Source: an uncultured Blautia sp. (lineage in GTDB: Bacteria > Bacillota > Clostridia > Lachnospirales > Lachnospiraceae). From it: DNA of 64,000 bases. Under the pieces are notes generated by a model. That model was given only the letters and a program-made list of their open reading frames with translations, was not told the DNA's origin and searched no databases. Position numbers and translations under genes: made by a program. Location of the stretch: contig CAKROJ010000009.1 in the NCBI GenBank assembly GCA_934372025.1, positions 760-64,759 of the forward strand, in the 5' to 3' direction. Positions 1 through 9,903 of this stretch are shown one piece after another. Numbering within the stretch: position 1 is the stretch's first letter; each line of letters starts with the position of its first letter.

Positions 1-455
1 CCATACATGCCAGCACTCATACAATCCTTAACAATATCCAGTGTATCCTTTGCCGCATCTCTGCTGTGTATCATAAACGGCATCTTTTCTTCCCTTGCAA
101 TCTCCATCTGTGCAAGAAACATTTTCTTCTGAACCGCATGCTCCTGTTCTTCTTTATGCCAGTAATAATCCAGTCCGATCTCGCCGATTGCAACTGCCTT
201 AGGCAGACGAACCAGACGACGGATTTCCTGCAATGTATCCTCTGTCATCTTTTCTGCATCATCCGGATGAATTCCAAAAGCACCATACACGAACGGATAT
301 TTTTCTGTCAGCTCTTCTGTTTCCTTCAGACTCTCGAGCGATGCACATGCATTTACGATATATCCAATTCCATTCTCATTCATAGAATCCAGAAGTAGCT
401 CTCTGTCTTCGTTAAAAGCATCATCATCATAATGTGCATGCGTTTCAAAAATCAT
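1..455 (-). CDS. TatD-family metal-dependent hydrolase (N-terminal part; the C-terminus lies beyond the left window edge)
   Basis: Absent from the ORF track because it has no stop inside the window. My reverse-complement translation from the ATG at 455-453 gives MIFETHAHYDDDAFNEDRELLLDSM..GAFGIHPDDAEK..AIGEIGLDYYW..PFMIHSRDA. These are the HxH, GxHP, EIGLD and HSR motifs typical of TatD/YabD. Confidence 0.8.
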   Translation of the reverse strand, partial: MIFETHAHYDDDAFNEDRELLLDSMNENGIGYIVNACASLESLKETEELTEKYPFVYGAFGIHPDDAEKMTEDTLQEIRRLVRLPKAVAIGEIGLDYYWHKEEQEHAVQKKMFLAQMEIAREEKMPFMIHSRDAAKDTLDIVKDCMSAGMY

Positions 456-466
456 ATGTGTCTCCA

Positions 467-907
467 TCAGTCTTTCTGCTCCTCAATCACAAATTCGTCT
501 CCTTTATGGATAATTCCTCCATGAAGAACTCTTGTAAAAACGCCCTCACGCGGCATAATGCAATCCCCCATTTTCTGGAAGATCACGCATCCCTGATGAC
601 ATTCTTTGCCAATCTGTGTCATTTCAAGCAATACATCACCACATCGGAATTTTGTTCCAACTGGAAGAACTGCAAAATCAAACCCCTGCACTACAAGATT
701 TTCTCCAAAAGCACCATCTTCCACTTCTGCGCCTCTCGCACGAAAAGCTTCAATTTTGTCATAAGACAAAAGACTTACCTGGCGATGCCATTTACCTGCA
801 TGTGCATCATTTTTGATTCCCCATTCCTCTATAAATTCCGCTTCCTGCACGGAATGCTTCTGTGTTCCCTTTTTTTCACTGATACAAATTGCAATTACTT
901 TACCCAT
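467..907 (-). CDS. MOSC domain-containing protein
   Basis: ORF 467..961. The sequence from MGKVIAICISEKKGTQKH..GENLVVQG..LLEMTQIGKECH resembles a stand-alone MOSC beta-barrel domain. I chose the internal ATG at 907, preceded by GGAGAG, as the start. It sits in a Moco gene cluster. Confidence 0.75.
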   Translation of the reverse strand: MGKVIAICISEKKGTQKHSVQEAEFIEEWGIKNDAHAGKWHRQVSLLSYDKIEAFRARGAEVEDGAFGENLVVQGFDFAVLPVGTKFRCGDVLLEMTQIGKECHQGCVIFQKMGDCIMPREGVFTRVLHGGIIHKGDEFVIEEQKD

Positions 908-972
908 AATCAAATTCTCTCCTATATTACAATTGACCAGTCTTTGACTGGCCAGCTGCACTCCTGTTCCTG

Positions 973-1464
973 TTATTTTCGTGCACAGTTTCCTGCTTCG
1001 CCTGTCAGGATTTCAATTCCATGTCCCAGCGCACCTATAATATATTCCAGGCTCTCTCTGACTGCCTTAGGACTTCCCGGAAGATTGATAATCAGCGTCT
1101 TTCCCCGAATTCCTGCTGTTGCACGGCTCAACATGGCACGCTTCGTGATCGTCATGCTGTACGCACGCATCGCTTCCGGAATTCCCGGCACCTTACGTTC
1201 GATGACTTCTTCTGTCGCTTCCGGTGTCACATCTCTTTCTGAAAATCCGGTTCCTCCTGTTGTCAGAATCAGCTCCGCTTTCTCTGAATCTGCTATTTCC
1301 TGCAGTTTTCCTGCAATCATTACCTGATCATCTGGGATAATATCCATGGAAATTACCGCATATCCTTCTTTTTCAAGGATTTCTTTGATAACAGGCCCAC
1401 TTAAATCCTCCCGCTCTCCTCTGTATCCTGAATCACTTACTGTTATAATTGCTGCGCGTTTCAT
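973..1464 (-). CDS. mogA: Molybdopterin adenylyltransferase / MoaB-MogA family protein
   Basis: ORF 973..1491. AIITVSDSG..TTGGTGFSERDVTPEAT..GIRGKTLIINLPGSPKA is the classic MogA/MoaB signature. The ATG at 1464 lies 6 nt after a GGAGG. Confidence 0.85.
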   Translation of the reverse strand: MKRAAIITVSDSGYRGEREDLSGPVIKEILEKEGYAVISMDIIPDDQVMIAGKLQEIADSEKAELILTTGGTGFSERDVTPEATEEVIERKVPGIPEAMRAYSMTITKRAMLSRATAGIRGKTLIINLPGSPKAVRESLEYIIGALGHGIEILTGEAGNCARK

Positions 1465-1466
1465 TC

Positions 1467-2447
1467 TCATCCTCCTATCTGTGACATGCATAAACTTTCT
1501 GTATCGTCCTTTTTTGTTTTCTCTGTAAAATGATGCCCATCCGGCTTCTCTGCCAGTGCAGCTCTGATCACATCTTTCAATTCATCATCTGTTCCACCAT
1601 TTCTCAGTACAGCTCTCAGATCACGTCCTGCAGTATATTGCAGACAGGTCTTCAGATATCCCTGAGATGTCAGGCGTATACGATTACACTGATTGCAGAA
1701 CTTATGGCTGATCGCACTGATAAAACCAATCTTTCCTGCGAACCCGTCAACACTATGATACCTGCATGGTCCATTTCCAAGAGGTTTCCCTTCATATGGT
1801 ACCAGTTTTCCGAATTTCTGCTCCAGTAAAACAACAATTTTCTCCTGCGACATTCCCTCAAAAGAACTTCCATATCCGATCGGCATCATCTCAATAAATC
1901 GCACATGTACCGGATATTTCTGTGCAAATTCAACGATTTCACACAGATTTTGCTCCTGTATTCCTAATGGAACACAGTTGAGTTTTAGCTGTACCTGAGA
2001 ATATTTCATAGCCTCTTCAATTCCCGCAAGAGTCTCATCCAGCAGATCTCTTCTGGTGATTTCACGGAAACATTCACGATCTCTCGTATCCAGACTGACA
2101 TTCAGACTGTCCAGTCCGGCATCTGCAAGTGCCCGCATCTGTTCTTTCAGGAGAATCCCATTCGTCGTTAATGTAACTTTCTCAATACCAGGAATTTCTT
2201 TTATCTGACGGACAAGCTCAGGAACACCCCGACGGACCAGAGGTTCACCCCCCGTAATTTTTATCCTGGTAATCCCAAGTTCTGCCATAACCCTGCATAT
2301 CCGAAGGATCTCATAATCCCGCAGGATCATTTCATATCCTGTCAAACGTATTCCTTCCTCCGGCATACAATAGATACAGCGAAGATTACAGCGATCTGTA
2401 ACAGAAATTCTGAGATAATCTATCTTTCTTCCACAACGATCGATCAT
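1467..2447 (-). CDS. moaA: GTP 3',8-cyclase (radical SAM)
   Basis: 326 aa. Contains the [13 protein letters not shown] radical-SAM CxxxCxxC motif and a C-terminal [13 protein letters not shown] cluster motif. Overlaps its neighbours in operon style. Confidence 0.92.
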   Translation of the reverse strand: MIDRCGRKIDYLRISVTDRCNLRCIYCMPEEGIRLTGYEMILRDYEILRICRVMAELGITRIKITGGEPLVRRGVPELVRQIKEIPGIEKVTLTTNGILLKEQMRALADAGLDSLNVSLDTRDRECFREITRRDLLDETLAGIEEAMKYSQVQLKLNCVPLGIQEQNLCEIVEFAQKYPVHVRFIEMMPIGYGSSFEGMSQEKIVVLLEQKFGKLVPYEGKPLGNGPCRYHSVDGFAGKIGFISAISHKFCNQCNRIRLTSQGYLKTCLQYTAGRDLRAVLRNGGTDDELKDVIRAALAEKPDGHHFTEKTKKDDTESLCMSQIGG

Positions 2448-2932
2448 TTTCTCTCCTCGAAACGGAAATCACCGCTCTTTCCTCCTGTTTTTTCTGTCAG
2501 ATGAATCTCTGACATCACCATGTGTTTATCAATCGCCTTACACATATCATAAATCGTCAGAAGTGTGATCTGTACACCGGTCAGGGCTTCCATTTCCACA
2601 CCGGTTTTTCCTTCTGTTTTTACTGTACAGAAAACATGGATCCGATTCTGTTCCTGGTCCAGTTCATAATCAATAGAACACTTCTGGATTGGAAGCGGAT
2701 GGCACATCGGAACCAGTTCAGAAGTCTTTTTTACTCCCATGATACCGGCTACACGCGCCACACCAAGAACATCACCTTTTTTGACATTTCCTTCTGTAAC
2801 ACACGCCATAATCTCTGGTCCTACCGCGATATATCCGGTTGCCAGCGCTGTCCGGTAAGTTACTTTCTTGCCGGAAACATCCACCATCACTGCATTTCCT
2901 TCTTTGTCAAAATGTGTAAGTCCATTCTCCAT
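2444..2932 (-). CDS. moaC: Cyclic pyranopterin monophosphate synthase
   Basis: ORF 2444..2995. [32 protein letters not shown](V)[13 protein letters not shown] is typical MoaC. The ATG at 2932 lies 7 nt after AGGAGG. Confidence 0.9.
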   Translation of the reverse strand: MENGLTHFDKEGNAVMVDVSGKKVTYRTALATGYIAVGPEIMACVTEGNVKKGDVLGVARVAGIMGVKKTSELVPMCHPLPIQKCSIDYELDQEQNRIHVFCTVKTEGKTGVEMEALTGVQITLLTIYDMCKAIDKHMVMSEIHLTEKTGGKSGDFRFEERK

Positions 2933-3107
2933 GGCCGTTCCTCCTGATATCTTCTGCAGATTTTTAAGAATGTCATCTGCATTCCTGCTGCACATCTCTG
3001 CAATAATTATCTACAGTATACTCGTAAAACACACCTCTCCGCAATAGTAAGGCAAAAACTTTTAGCATTATTGATTTTTTTTGTATTAAAACATTTTTCA
3101 TCCTATA

Positions 3108-3163
3108 AAAATCCCCTGTGCTCATAACTATGATACACTCATAATCACGATACACAGGGGATT
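3108..3163 (-). terminator. Probable intrinsic terminator downstream of metG
   Basis: On the minus strand AATCCCCTGTG .. CACAGGGGATT (11-bp stem, large loop) is followed by TTTTAT. It lies about 65 nt after the metG stop. Confidence 0.55.
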
Positions 3164-3228
3164 CCAGCTTTCCTCTATAACATTTTTAGTCTCATCAGCT
3201 GCAAAAATCTATCGTCTTCTGCAGCACA

Positions 3229-5187
3229 TCAGCAAATTTCTGCTCCTGCCGGCATCTCTTTCTCTGGTACCATCAGAGAAAGTTTTCCTTCTGCATCTTC
3301 CGCACAGAGGATCATACCTTCACTGAGAATTCCTGCAAGTTTGGCAGGTTTCAGGTTGGTAACAACCATAACTTTCTTTCCTACCATTTCCTCTGCACTG
3401 TAATCCGATTTGATTCCGGATACGATCTGGCGCACCTTGCTTCCGATCTTAACCTGAGAACAGAGAAGCTTACGGGATTTTTTCACTTCTTCACAGGCAA
3501 TGATCTCTCCAACCTGGAACTGAAGTTTTTCAAAATCATCAAATGTGATCTCTGGTTTTGCTTCAATATCAACTACATTTTCGTCTTCCGCTTCTGCTGC
3601 AGGCTCTTCCTGTTTTGGATGAAGCTCTTCTACCTTTGCAAGAACTTCTTTAAGATCAAGACGTGCAAACAGGATTTCCGGTTTTTCTGTTACCTTGTTT
3701 CCTGACGGATACAGACCAAATGTTTTAAGATCTTCCAGAGTACGTTTTTCTGCATTTAACTGTGCAAGGATACGCTCTGTTGTCTCCGGCATAAAGGATT
3801 CCAGAAGAGTTGCTCCAATTGTGATTCCCTCAACCAGGTTGTAAAGAACTGTTGCAAGACGATCCTGTTTTGCTTCATCTTTTGCAAGTGCCCATGGCAT
3901 AGTCTCATCGATATATTTGTTCAGACGTTTGAACAGAGTAAATACTTCTGTCATTGCATCTGCAACACGCAGTTTATCCATCTTCTCAGCAACTTTGCCC
4001 GGAACAGCCAGTACAAATGATTTAAGATCATCATCAACCGGTTCAACAACACCTTTATTCTCTACAAGTCCGCCGAAATATTTATTTGACATGGAAATTG
4101 TACGGTTTACCAGGTTTCCAAGTGTGTTTGCAAGTTCAGAGTTCAGTCTTTCTACCATCAGTTCCCATGTGATAACGCCATCGTTTTCGAATGGCATTTC
4201 ATGAAGTACGAAATAACGTACAGCATCTACACCAAAGAAATCTACGAGTTCATCTGCATAGATTACGTTTCCTTTGGATTTACTCATCTTACCATCACCC
4301 TGGAGCAGCCACGGATGTCCGAATACCTGTTTCGGAAGCGGCAGGTCAAGTGACATCAGGAAGATTGGCCAGTAAATAGTATGGAAACGAATGATGTCTT
4401 TACCGATCAGATGAAGGTCTGCCGGCCACAGTTTGTTGAACTGTTCAGAGCTTTCGCCATCGCAGTCATAACCGATTCCTGTGATATAGTTTGTCAGGGC
4501 ATCCAGCCATACATAAACAACATGTTTTGGATCGAAATCTACCGGAATTCCCCATTTGAAGGATGTTCTGGATACGCAGAGATCCTGAAGACCCGGAAGA
4601 AGGAAGTTGTTCATCATCTCGTTCTTACGTGATTCCGGCTGAATGAAATCCGGATGTGTTTTGATGTGCTCGATCAGACGGTCTGCATATTTGCTCATTT
4701 TGAAGAAATATGCTTCTTCTTTTGCAGGAACGCACGGACGTCCACAGTCCGGACATTTACCATCTACAAGCTGTGATTCTGTAAAGAAGGATTCGCAAGG
4801 TGTACAGTACATTCCTTCGTAATGTCCCTTGTAGATATCTCCTTTTGCGTACATTTTCTTGAAGATCTTCTGAACCTGTTTCTCATGGTCAGCATCTGTT
4901 GTACGGATGAACTTGTCATAGGATGTGTTCATCAGATCCCAGATTCTCTTAATCTCGCCGGATACGTTATCAACGAATTCCTTTGGTGTAATTCCTGCTT
5001 CTTCTGCCTTGAGTTCGATCTTCTGACCATGTTCGTCAGTTCCTGTCTGGAAAAATACATCGTAGCCTTCCTGTCTTTTGTAACGTGCAATTGCATCTGC
5101 CAGTACGATCTCATAGGTATTACCAATATGTGGTTTACCGGATGTGTAAGCGATCGCGGTTGTAATATAATACTTCTGCTTGTCCAT
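3229..5187 (-). CDS. metG: Methionine--tRNA ligase, with a C-terminal tRNA-binding (EMAP/Trbp111-like) domain
   Basis: 652 aa. Has the HIGN (HIGH) motif, KMSKS, a CPxCG zinc knuckle and a C-terminal ..VVTNLKPAKLAGILSEGMIL OB-fold domain. Confidence 0.95.
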   Translation of the reverse strand: MDKQKYYITTAIAYTSGKPHIGNTYEIVLADAIARYKRQEGYDVFFQTGTDEHGQKIELKAEEAGITPKEFVDNVSGEIKRIWDLMNTSYDKFIRTTDADHEKQVQKIFKKMYAKGDIYKGHYEGMYCTPCESFFTESQLVDGKCPDCGRPCVPAKEEAYFFKMSKYADRLIEHIKTHPDFIQPESRKNEMMNNFLLPGLQDLCVSRTSFKWGIPVDFDPKHVVYVWLDALTNYITGIGYDCDGESSEQFNKLWPADLHLIGKDIIRFHTIYWPIFLMSLDLPLPKQVFGHPWLLQGDGKMSKSKGNVIYADELVDFFGVDAVRYFVLHEMPFENDGVITWELMVERLNSELANTLGNLVNRTISMSNKYFGGLVENKGVVEPVDDDLKSFVLAVPGKVAEKMDKLRVADAMTEVFTLFKRLNKYIDETMPWALAKDEAKQDRLATVLYNLVEGITIGATLLESFMPETTERILAQLNAEKRTLEDLKTFGLYPSGNKVTEKPEILFARLDLKEVLAKVEELHPKQEEPAAEAEDENVVDIEAKPEITFDDFEKLQFQVGEIIACEEVKKSRKLLCSQVKIGSKVRQIVSGIKSDYSAEEMVGKKVMVVTNLKPAKLAGILSEGMILCAEDAEGKLSLMVPEKEMPAGAEIC

Positions 5188-5261
5188 TTTATCTCCTCCT
5201 GAATATATATTTCATAGTGATACCCTACGGATTGCTGCGCAGCACGCTGCTCCCAGAGTAT

Positions 5262-5640
5262 AAAAAAACGCCCTCTCTATTCTATATAGAGAAGACGAGT
5301 CCTGCCCGTGTTACCACTTCTGTTCGTTCCTGCCTCGCGGTCAGAAACCTTATCGGGTACGATTTCATTCCGACATTCCAAACACATCTGTAACGTTCTG
5401 TCGCTGTCCTGATACCCTTCCGCTATAACAGGCGGTCCTGTTGCAGTCTGAATAGTAAATGAACCTTCGATGTCAGTATGCCACAGTATCTTCTCACCGG
5501 CATTAATACTCATCTCGACTGCACCTCTCCCAAGCCATCTTCCATCTGTACCTGCACTTCCCTCTCAGCCATGGGAAATCTGAAATTTCCTCCGGGGAAT
5601 TCTCTGTAATGTGGTCAGCAAATGTACTCTCTTGTTCTTT
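5262..5640 (-). promoter_or_regulatory. T-box leader (tRNA-sensing riboswitch) of metG
   Basis: Read on the minus strand. There is an AGAGAGUA stem-I motif (rc of 5625-5632) and a candidate specifier AUG followed by A-GUA (5513-5507). The T-box sequence AGUGGUAACACGGG (rc of 5304-5319) lies directly 5' of a terminator hairpin plus a U7 run (5262-5297). The position upstream of an aminoacyl-tRNA synthetase fits. Confidence 0.7.
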
Positions 5641-5757
5641 GAGTTTGCTTATATTTTGCGAAAACTATGATTTCGCTTCTTTCAAAATAGTAGCATATTT
5701 GTGGAAGTTTGTAAATGAGAAAACAATAGAAAATTAAAACCTCTGTATGTATCATCT

Positions 5758-5960
5758 CAGCTGAATGAATATATATCCGTGGCAACAGGGCTTCGGATTC
5801 GGTAAGTTCTAAAATGCTTTGTCACTGCTAGAAACATAAATAAAAATTGTGAACTCGCTGACGCTCACACAGCACAATTTTTATTTATAACGCAGTTCCA
5901 AACCATCAAGAACTTGCACAAATCCTGCAGAGAGTTGCCACGGATATATATTCACCAGCT
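5758..5960 (-). repeat. Long imperfect hairpin repeat, copy A (about 200 nt)
   Basis: Perfect 20-bp outer arms GAATATATATCCGTGGCAAC (5767-5786) / GTTGCCACGGATATATATTC (5934-5953). Inner arms ATAAATAAAAATTGTG (5836-5851) / CACAATTTTTATTTAT (5873-5888). The apex AACTCGCTGACGCTCACACAG is the reverse complement of the family loop motif. Confidence 0.85.
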
Positions 5961-6176
5961 GCTTGATATTTACAGAAGTTTCCATAAAATCTATTGTTTT
6001 GAATCATTAGAGTGATGACGCGGCCCGGATCTTGACGGGCCGTGGCCGCATAACGGCGGCTACGCCGCCGCTTTTCTACTACTGATAAAATCAACATGAA
6101 TTAATGTGTGTATGAAAGTAGAATATTGGTGATTATTTTTTTATCCTATGATACAACAATGTCTGGATATTGAAAT

Positions 6177-6271
6177 AACCCTCCCAGACTTCCTGCAGGA
6201 GTTCTGGAAGTTCTTAGATATGATGCACATATCTCTAGAACTTCCGAACGACGAAGCCTGTCTGGAGGGTT
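6177..6271. repeat. About 95-nt imperfect hairpin downstream of the histidine kinase gene
   Basis: AACCCTCCCAGAC (6177-6189) pairs with GTCTGGAGGGTT (6260-6271). The inner arms are GGAAGTTCT..AGAACTTCC (6206-6245). There is no adjacent T-run on either strand. Confidence 0.7.
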
Positions 6272-6359
6272 GTTTCATATATCACAGACATGTAAATCTT
6301 ACTATAATAATTTCAGATATTATATCTTTCTATACATTTAATTCACGTTATTTTATTTC

Positions 6360-8972
6360 CTATTTCACCTCAAATTCAATTGTTACTTTGAAGAGATCTC
6401 CATCAAGATACAATTTGAACTCTCCGCCCTGGAGCTGCACCAGATCCTTCGCGATTGACAATCCCAGTCCGCTTCCTTCGGTATTTCTTGATACATCGCC
6501 ACGAATAAATCTTTCTGTGAGTTCGTCTGCTGAGATATTGAGTGGCTGTGCAGAGATGTTTTTGAGGGAAAGCTGCACGTTTGGACGGTTTATTTTTACG
6601 TCTACATAGACTCTTGTATTTTCCATCGCATACTTTGATACATTGCCAAAAACATTCTCTAATACTCTCCAGAGTCTGCGTCCATCCGCGCAGATCATTG
6701 CTTCTTCTTCATCAAAATGAACCACCATCTTCAGGTTTCTTTCTTCGAATTTTTCTTCGAATTCTCCGATTACCTGATTCACTAATTCGATGAAATTGAG
6801 TTCTGTCATCTCCAATGCAATGTTTCCGGTGCTGGCTTTGGATGCCTCTACAACGTCCTCTGTCAATACTTTAAGACGCTGCGCTTTGTTCTCCAGAACC
6901 TCCAGATATCCTCTGATCTTAGGATCTTCGGGGTTCTCTCGTTTAAGGAGATCGATGTAATTTATGATCGATGTCAGAGGTGTTTTGATGTCATGGGAAA
7001 CATTCGTGATCAGCTCTGTTTTCATTCTCTCATTCTTAAGACTGTTCTCCACTGCGGCATCCAGACCTTCACCGATATGATTGATATAATCTGCCATTGT
7101 CGCCTGTTCGCCACTCAGTTTTTCTGTCGAGATTTTGTACTGAAGTTCTCCGTCTGTAATCTTTTTCAGACCTTCAAGAATCTGTTCTCTTCCCCAGGCT
7201 TTTCTGAGAAGATAATAGAGAACTATGCAGTCCAGCACAAACAGCAGAAGAAGGGAAACTACTGAGCCACCTCCATCTAATACAGCTCCGGTAAGCATAA
7301 ACTGCAGGAAGAGGAATCCGCCAAACAACACAATTGTTTTTATTCTGCTGATCGTGTTGCTGCTGAGAAACACAAGTATATCACCAAACTTCAAGAATAT
7401 CTTTCTGATCCATATCAGAATATGTCTCAGCAGGCTGTCTCTCCAGAGAGATTTTGCTTTGATACGGCGCACCAGACTGAGCCATCCAATCAGAAACCAT
7501 ACACTTCCCCAGAGTCCCAGAAGTCCGATTCCCATCAGAAAAATGGCCATTCGCAAGTCTACAGCACCCAGCATCTGCATTATGATCGCAGTTCCAAACA
7601 ACCAGATACCGACTACCAGACCGGCCGCAATCTCTGTATACCATCTGTCAAAAAAGTTTAATTTCACTTCCTGATCTTCGTTATTTCGACCGGCTGCTAT
7701 TGTCAGGATCACCAGGCCTGCCAGTGTCAGAACAAGTGCCACCGCGGCAATAATGATCATTGGAATGAGCAATGGTGCAAATTTATCGTAGTATATTTTT
7801 TCCTGCGCTATACTGTCTGATACAGAAAAATCTTTGTCTACAGAAACAGCATAGACATAATCTGAATCCGCCAGTCCGACATTTGCGATCATAGTCTGCC
7901 AGTAGTTCACCGTCTGATTAGTAATACCTGTAAAGCCTGTCTCACAGTCCTGTTCCTCTGGATAAATGATCATATACGGATCTGGTAAATTTCTTATTTT
8001 TTTATCAAGAATCTTTTCATAGTTATCAACAGTAACTGATTTCATATTGCTGTATACTTTACCAGATTTTTTATCCACAAACAGATAGCCGAGATTTGTT
8101 TTACTCTGTGCATATGTTTCCAGTATCTTCTCTGCATCTGCTGCATTGCTATACTTTTCAAGAGCTGCATATAAATACTGATATGCTTTGCTGATATCTC
8201 CCTTCCATTTTGTACTGTCATTCACAATATCAAGAATGCTGTCTGCTCCATCCGGTTTGTATTTTTCTGCCAGTGCAGAGTCGTTATATTCTCTGGATTC
8301 ATAATTCCAGACATTTGTATATGCAATATTTCCATCTGCATCCGCAACATATTCTACTGGATCTCTTCGGATTCCTGTATCACTATAAGAACTGTCATAA
8401 TACGAATATTCTTCTTCTGAAAGCATAGAAAGTACATCTTTTGTGTATTCCTGGCTCGTCTCAGCATCACTGTCAAACACCAGCTTTAACTCTCCGGTAA
8501 TGATCTTATCTGCAAAATCGTTACAGTACATATAATAGTTGCTTCCATCTGGTTTTCTGCACATAAGAACATTTGCACTTTGATCCCAGGAGCTCTGGGA
8601 CCAGTTGATCAGATCCTCTGCTTTATATGCAAGACCGGAAGTATTTTTATGAGAAAGTGTCTTTCCTTCTTTCAATTCCACCAGATCGATCAGGTCATCA
8701 TTGCTGTTTTCATCGAGAATTTCCCGCTCTTTCAGTGCTTCCAGAATCGTATGTGACATACTGTAAACACTGTTTTCAAAGCTCTCTGAATCCACATATT
8801 TTCTGCTGTCCAACGGCTGAACACCCTTATGCATAATCCATACAGATGCTCCTGCACTTACGCAGGCTGTCACCAGAAACACAATCGTCAAAAAAATAAA
8901 CAGCGCTTTTATTCCGCTTTTCCTATACCATTTTTTCTTCATTTTACCCCATTTCCTTTCCATGTTTTCCAC
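6360..8972 (-). CDS. Sensor histidine kinase with a large extracytoplasmic N-terminal domain and a multi-TM block
   Basis: 870 aa. N-terminal TM, about 370 aa of extracellular region, several TM helices, H-box ITNVSHDIKTPLTSI, and an HATPase_c domain with GSGLGLSIAK. The start is uncertain (GTG 8972, ATG 8963 or ATG 8942). Confidence 0.88.
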   Translation of the reverse strand: MENMERKWGKMKKKWYRKSGIKALFIFLTIVFLVTACVSAGASVWIMHKGVQPLDSRKYVDSESFENSVYSMSHTILEALKEREILDENSNDDLIDLVELKEGKTLSHKNTSGLAYKAEDLINWSQSSWDQSANVLMCRKPDGSNYYMYCNDFADKIITGELKLVFDSDAETSQEYTKDVLSMLSEEEYSYYDSSYSDTGIRRDPVEYVADADGNIAYTNVWNYESREYNDSALAEKYKPDGADSILDIVNDSTKWKGDISKAYQYLYAALEKYSNAADAEKILETYAQSKTNLGYLFVDKKSGKVYSNMKSVTVDNYEKILDKKIRNLPDPYMIIYPEEQDCETGFTGITNQTVNYWQTMIANVGLADSDYVYAVSVDKDFSVSDSIAQEKIYYDKFAPLLIPMIIIAAVALVLTLAGLVILTIAAGRNNEDQEVKLNFFDRWYTEIAAGLVVGIWLFGTAIIMQMLGAVDLRMAIFLMGIGLLGLWGSVWFLIGWLSLVRRIKAKSLWRDSLLRHILIWIRKIFLKFGDILVFLSSNTISRIKTIVLFGGFLFLQFMLTGAVLDGGGSVVSLLLLFVLDCIVLYYLLRKAWGREQILEGLKKITDGELQYKISTEKLSGEQATMADYINHIGEGLDAAVENSLKNERMKTELITNVSHDIKTPLTSIINYIDLLKRENPEDPKIRGYLEVLENKAQRLKVLTEDVVEASKASTGNIALEMTELNFIELVNQVIGEFEEKFEERNLKMVVHFDEEEAMICADGRRLWRVLENVFGNVSKYAMENTRVYVDVKINRPNVQLSLKNISAQPLNISADELTERFIRGDVSRNTEGSGLGLSIAKDLVQLQGGEFKLYLDGDLFKVTIEFEVK

Positions 8973-8988
8973 AGATCACTATGAAATC

Positions 8989-9681
8989 TCAGATCTTTTC
9001 CACCTTATACCCAAGACCCCACACAACCTTAAGATAGCGTGGTTCTTTCGGATTGATTTCAATTTTTTCTCTGATATGGCGAATGTGAACCGCTACCGTA
9101 TTATCTGCAGCAATCGCTTCCTCATTCCAGATACTCTCATATATCTGATTGATAGAAAAAACTCTTCCCTGATTTCTGACCAGAAATAAAAGAATCCTGT
9201 ATTCAATCGGAGTCAGCCTTACACTTTCTCCATCAACCATAACTTCTTTGCGGTCATCATCAATCTCAAGTCCGCCCGTCCTGTATACATTTGCTTTCTT
9301 TTCCGCCATAGCGCCCAGCTGAGTATATCTTCGAAGCTGTGATTTGACTCTCGCCATCAGCTCCAACGGATTAAAAGGTTTTGTCACATAATCATCTGCT
9401 CCGACATTCAGTCCGAGGATTTTATCTGCATCCTCCGATTTTGCCGATAAAATTATAATAGGAAGAGCGTTTTCTTCACGAATCTTCAATGTTGCCCGGA
9501 TTCCATCCAGCTTTGGCATCATCACATCAATGATCAGAAGATCCACCTTATTATTCTGCAGTACCTGTATTGCCTGCTCACCATCGTATGCTTTCAGAAT
9601 GTGATGTCCTTCCTGCGTCAGATAAATCTCGATCGCTTCCACGATTTCTTTATCGTCATCACATACCAGTATCTCTGCCAT
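8989..9681 (-). CDS. OmpR/PhoB-family response regulator
   Basis: 230 aa. Receiver domain (DDD..D54-like DVMMPKLDG..K) plus a winged-helix C-terminus (LTPIEYRILLFL..YLKVVWGLGYK). GGAGG lies upstream of the ATG. Confidence 0.92.
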   Translation of the reverse strand: MAEILVCDDDKEIVEAIEIYLTQEGHHILKAYDGEQAIQVLQNNKVDLLIIDVMMPKLDGIRATLKIREENALPIIILSAKSEDADKILGLNVGADDYVTKPFNPLELMARVKSQLRRYTQLGAMAEKKANVYRTGGLEIDDDRKEVMVDGESVRLTPIEYRILLFLVRNQGRVFSINQIYESIWNEEAIAADNTVAVHIRHIREKIEINPKEPRYLKVVWGLGYKVEKI

Positions 9682-9855
9682 TTCCCTGCCTCCTGTATTT
9701 TATATAGTTACTATACATGTTAAGAATTAATATCTATGGGGTAAAATATTAAGATTCTCTTATTTTTATAATTGCCGAAATGTATAATACAAGGCAATCT
9801 GCAAACATTCTATATTATAACAAAAAACAGGTCATATAAAAATACAATTTCCTTA

Positions 9856-9884
9856 TTGACAATTCTTGACCATTATGGTACAGT
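9856..9884 (+). promoter_or_regulatory. Putative sigma-A promoter of rubrerythrin copy 1
   Basis: TTGACA (9856-9861), 17 nt, then TGgTACAGT extended -10 (9876-9884). The same architecture occurs upstream of copy 2. Confidence 0.5.
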
Positions 9885-9903
9885 ATAGTCACAGTAAGAA
9901 ATC

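Noticed and set aside
434-1327. Long antisense 'shadow' ORFs opposite real genes, for example 434..1327, 9921..10688, 11091..11627, 21352..22317, 28328..28948, 35302..36282, 48398..49024, 49334..50032 and 61392..62357.
   Set aside because: Each overlaps a confidently identified gene on the other strand. Their composition is Cys/Phe/Ser/His-rich and low-complexity, and they have no recognisable motifs.
2933-3107. Possible Moco (molybdenum cofactor) riboswitch upstream of moaC.
   Set aside because: Such riboswitches are common before moa operons. I could not find the conserved Moco-motif features by eye, only generic hairpins such as TGCAGAT..ATCTGCA. An Rfam scan (RF01055) would settle it.
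5277-5513. 78-aa ORF on the minus strand between metG and its promoter.
   Set aside because: It lies inside the T-box leader, spanning the specifier-to-antiterminator region, and has no RBS. It is best explained as chance reading through structured RNA.
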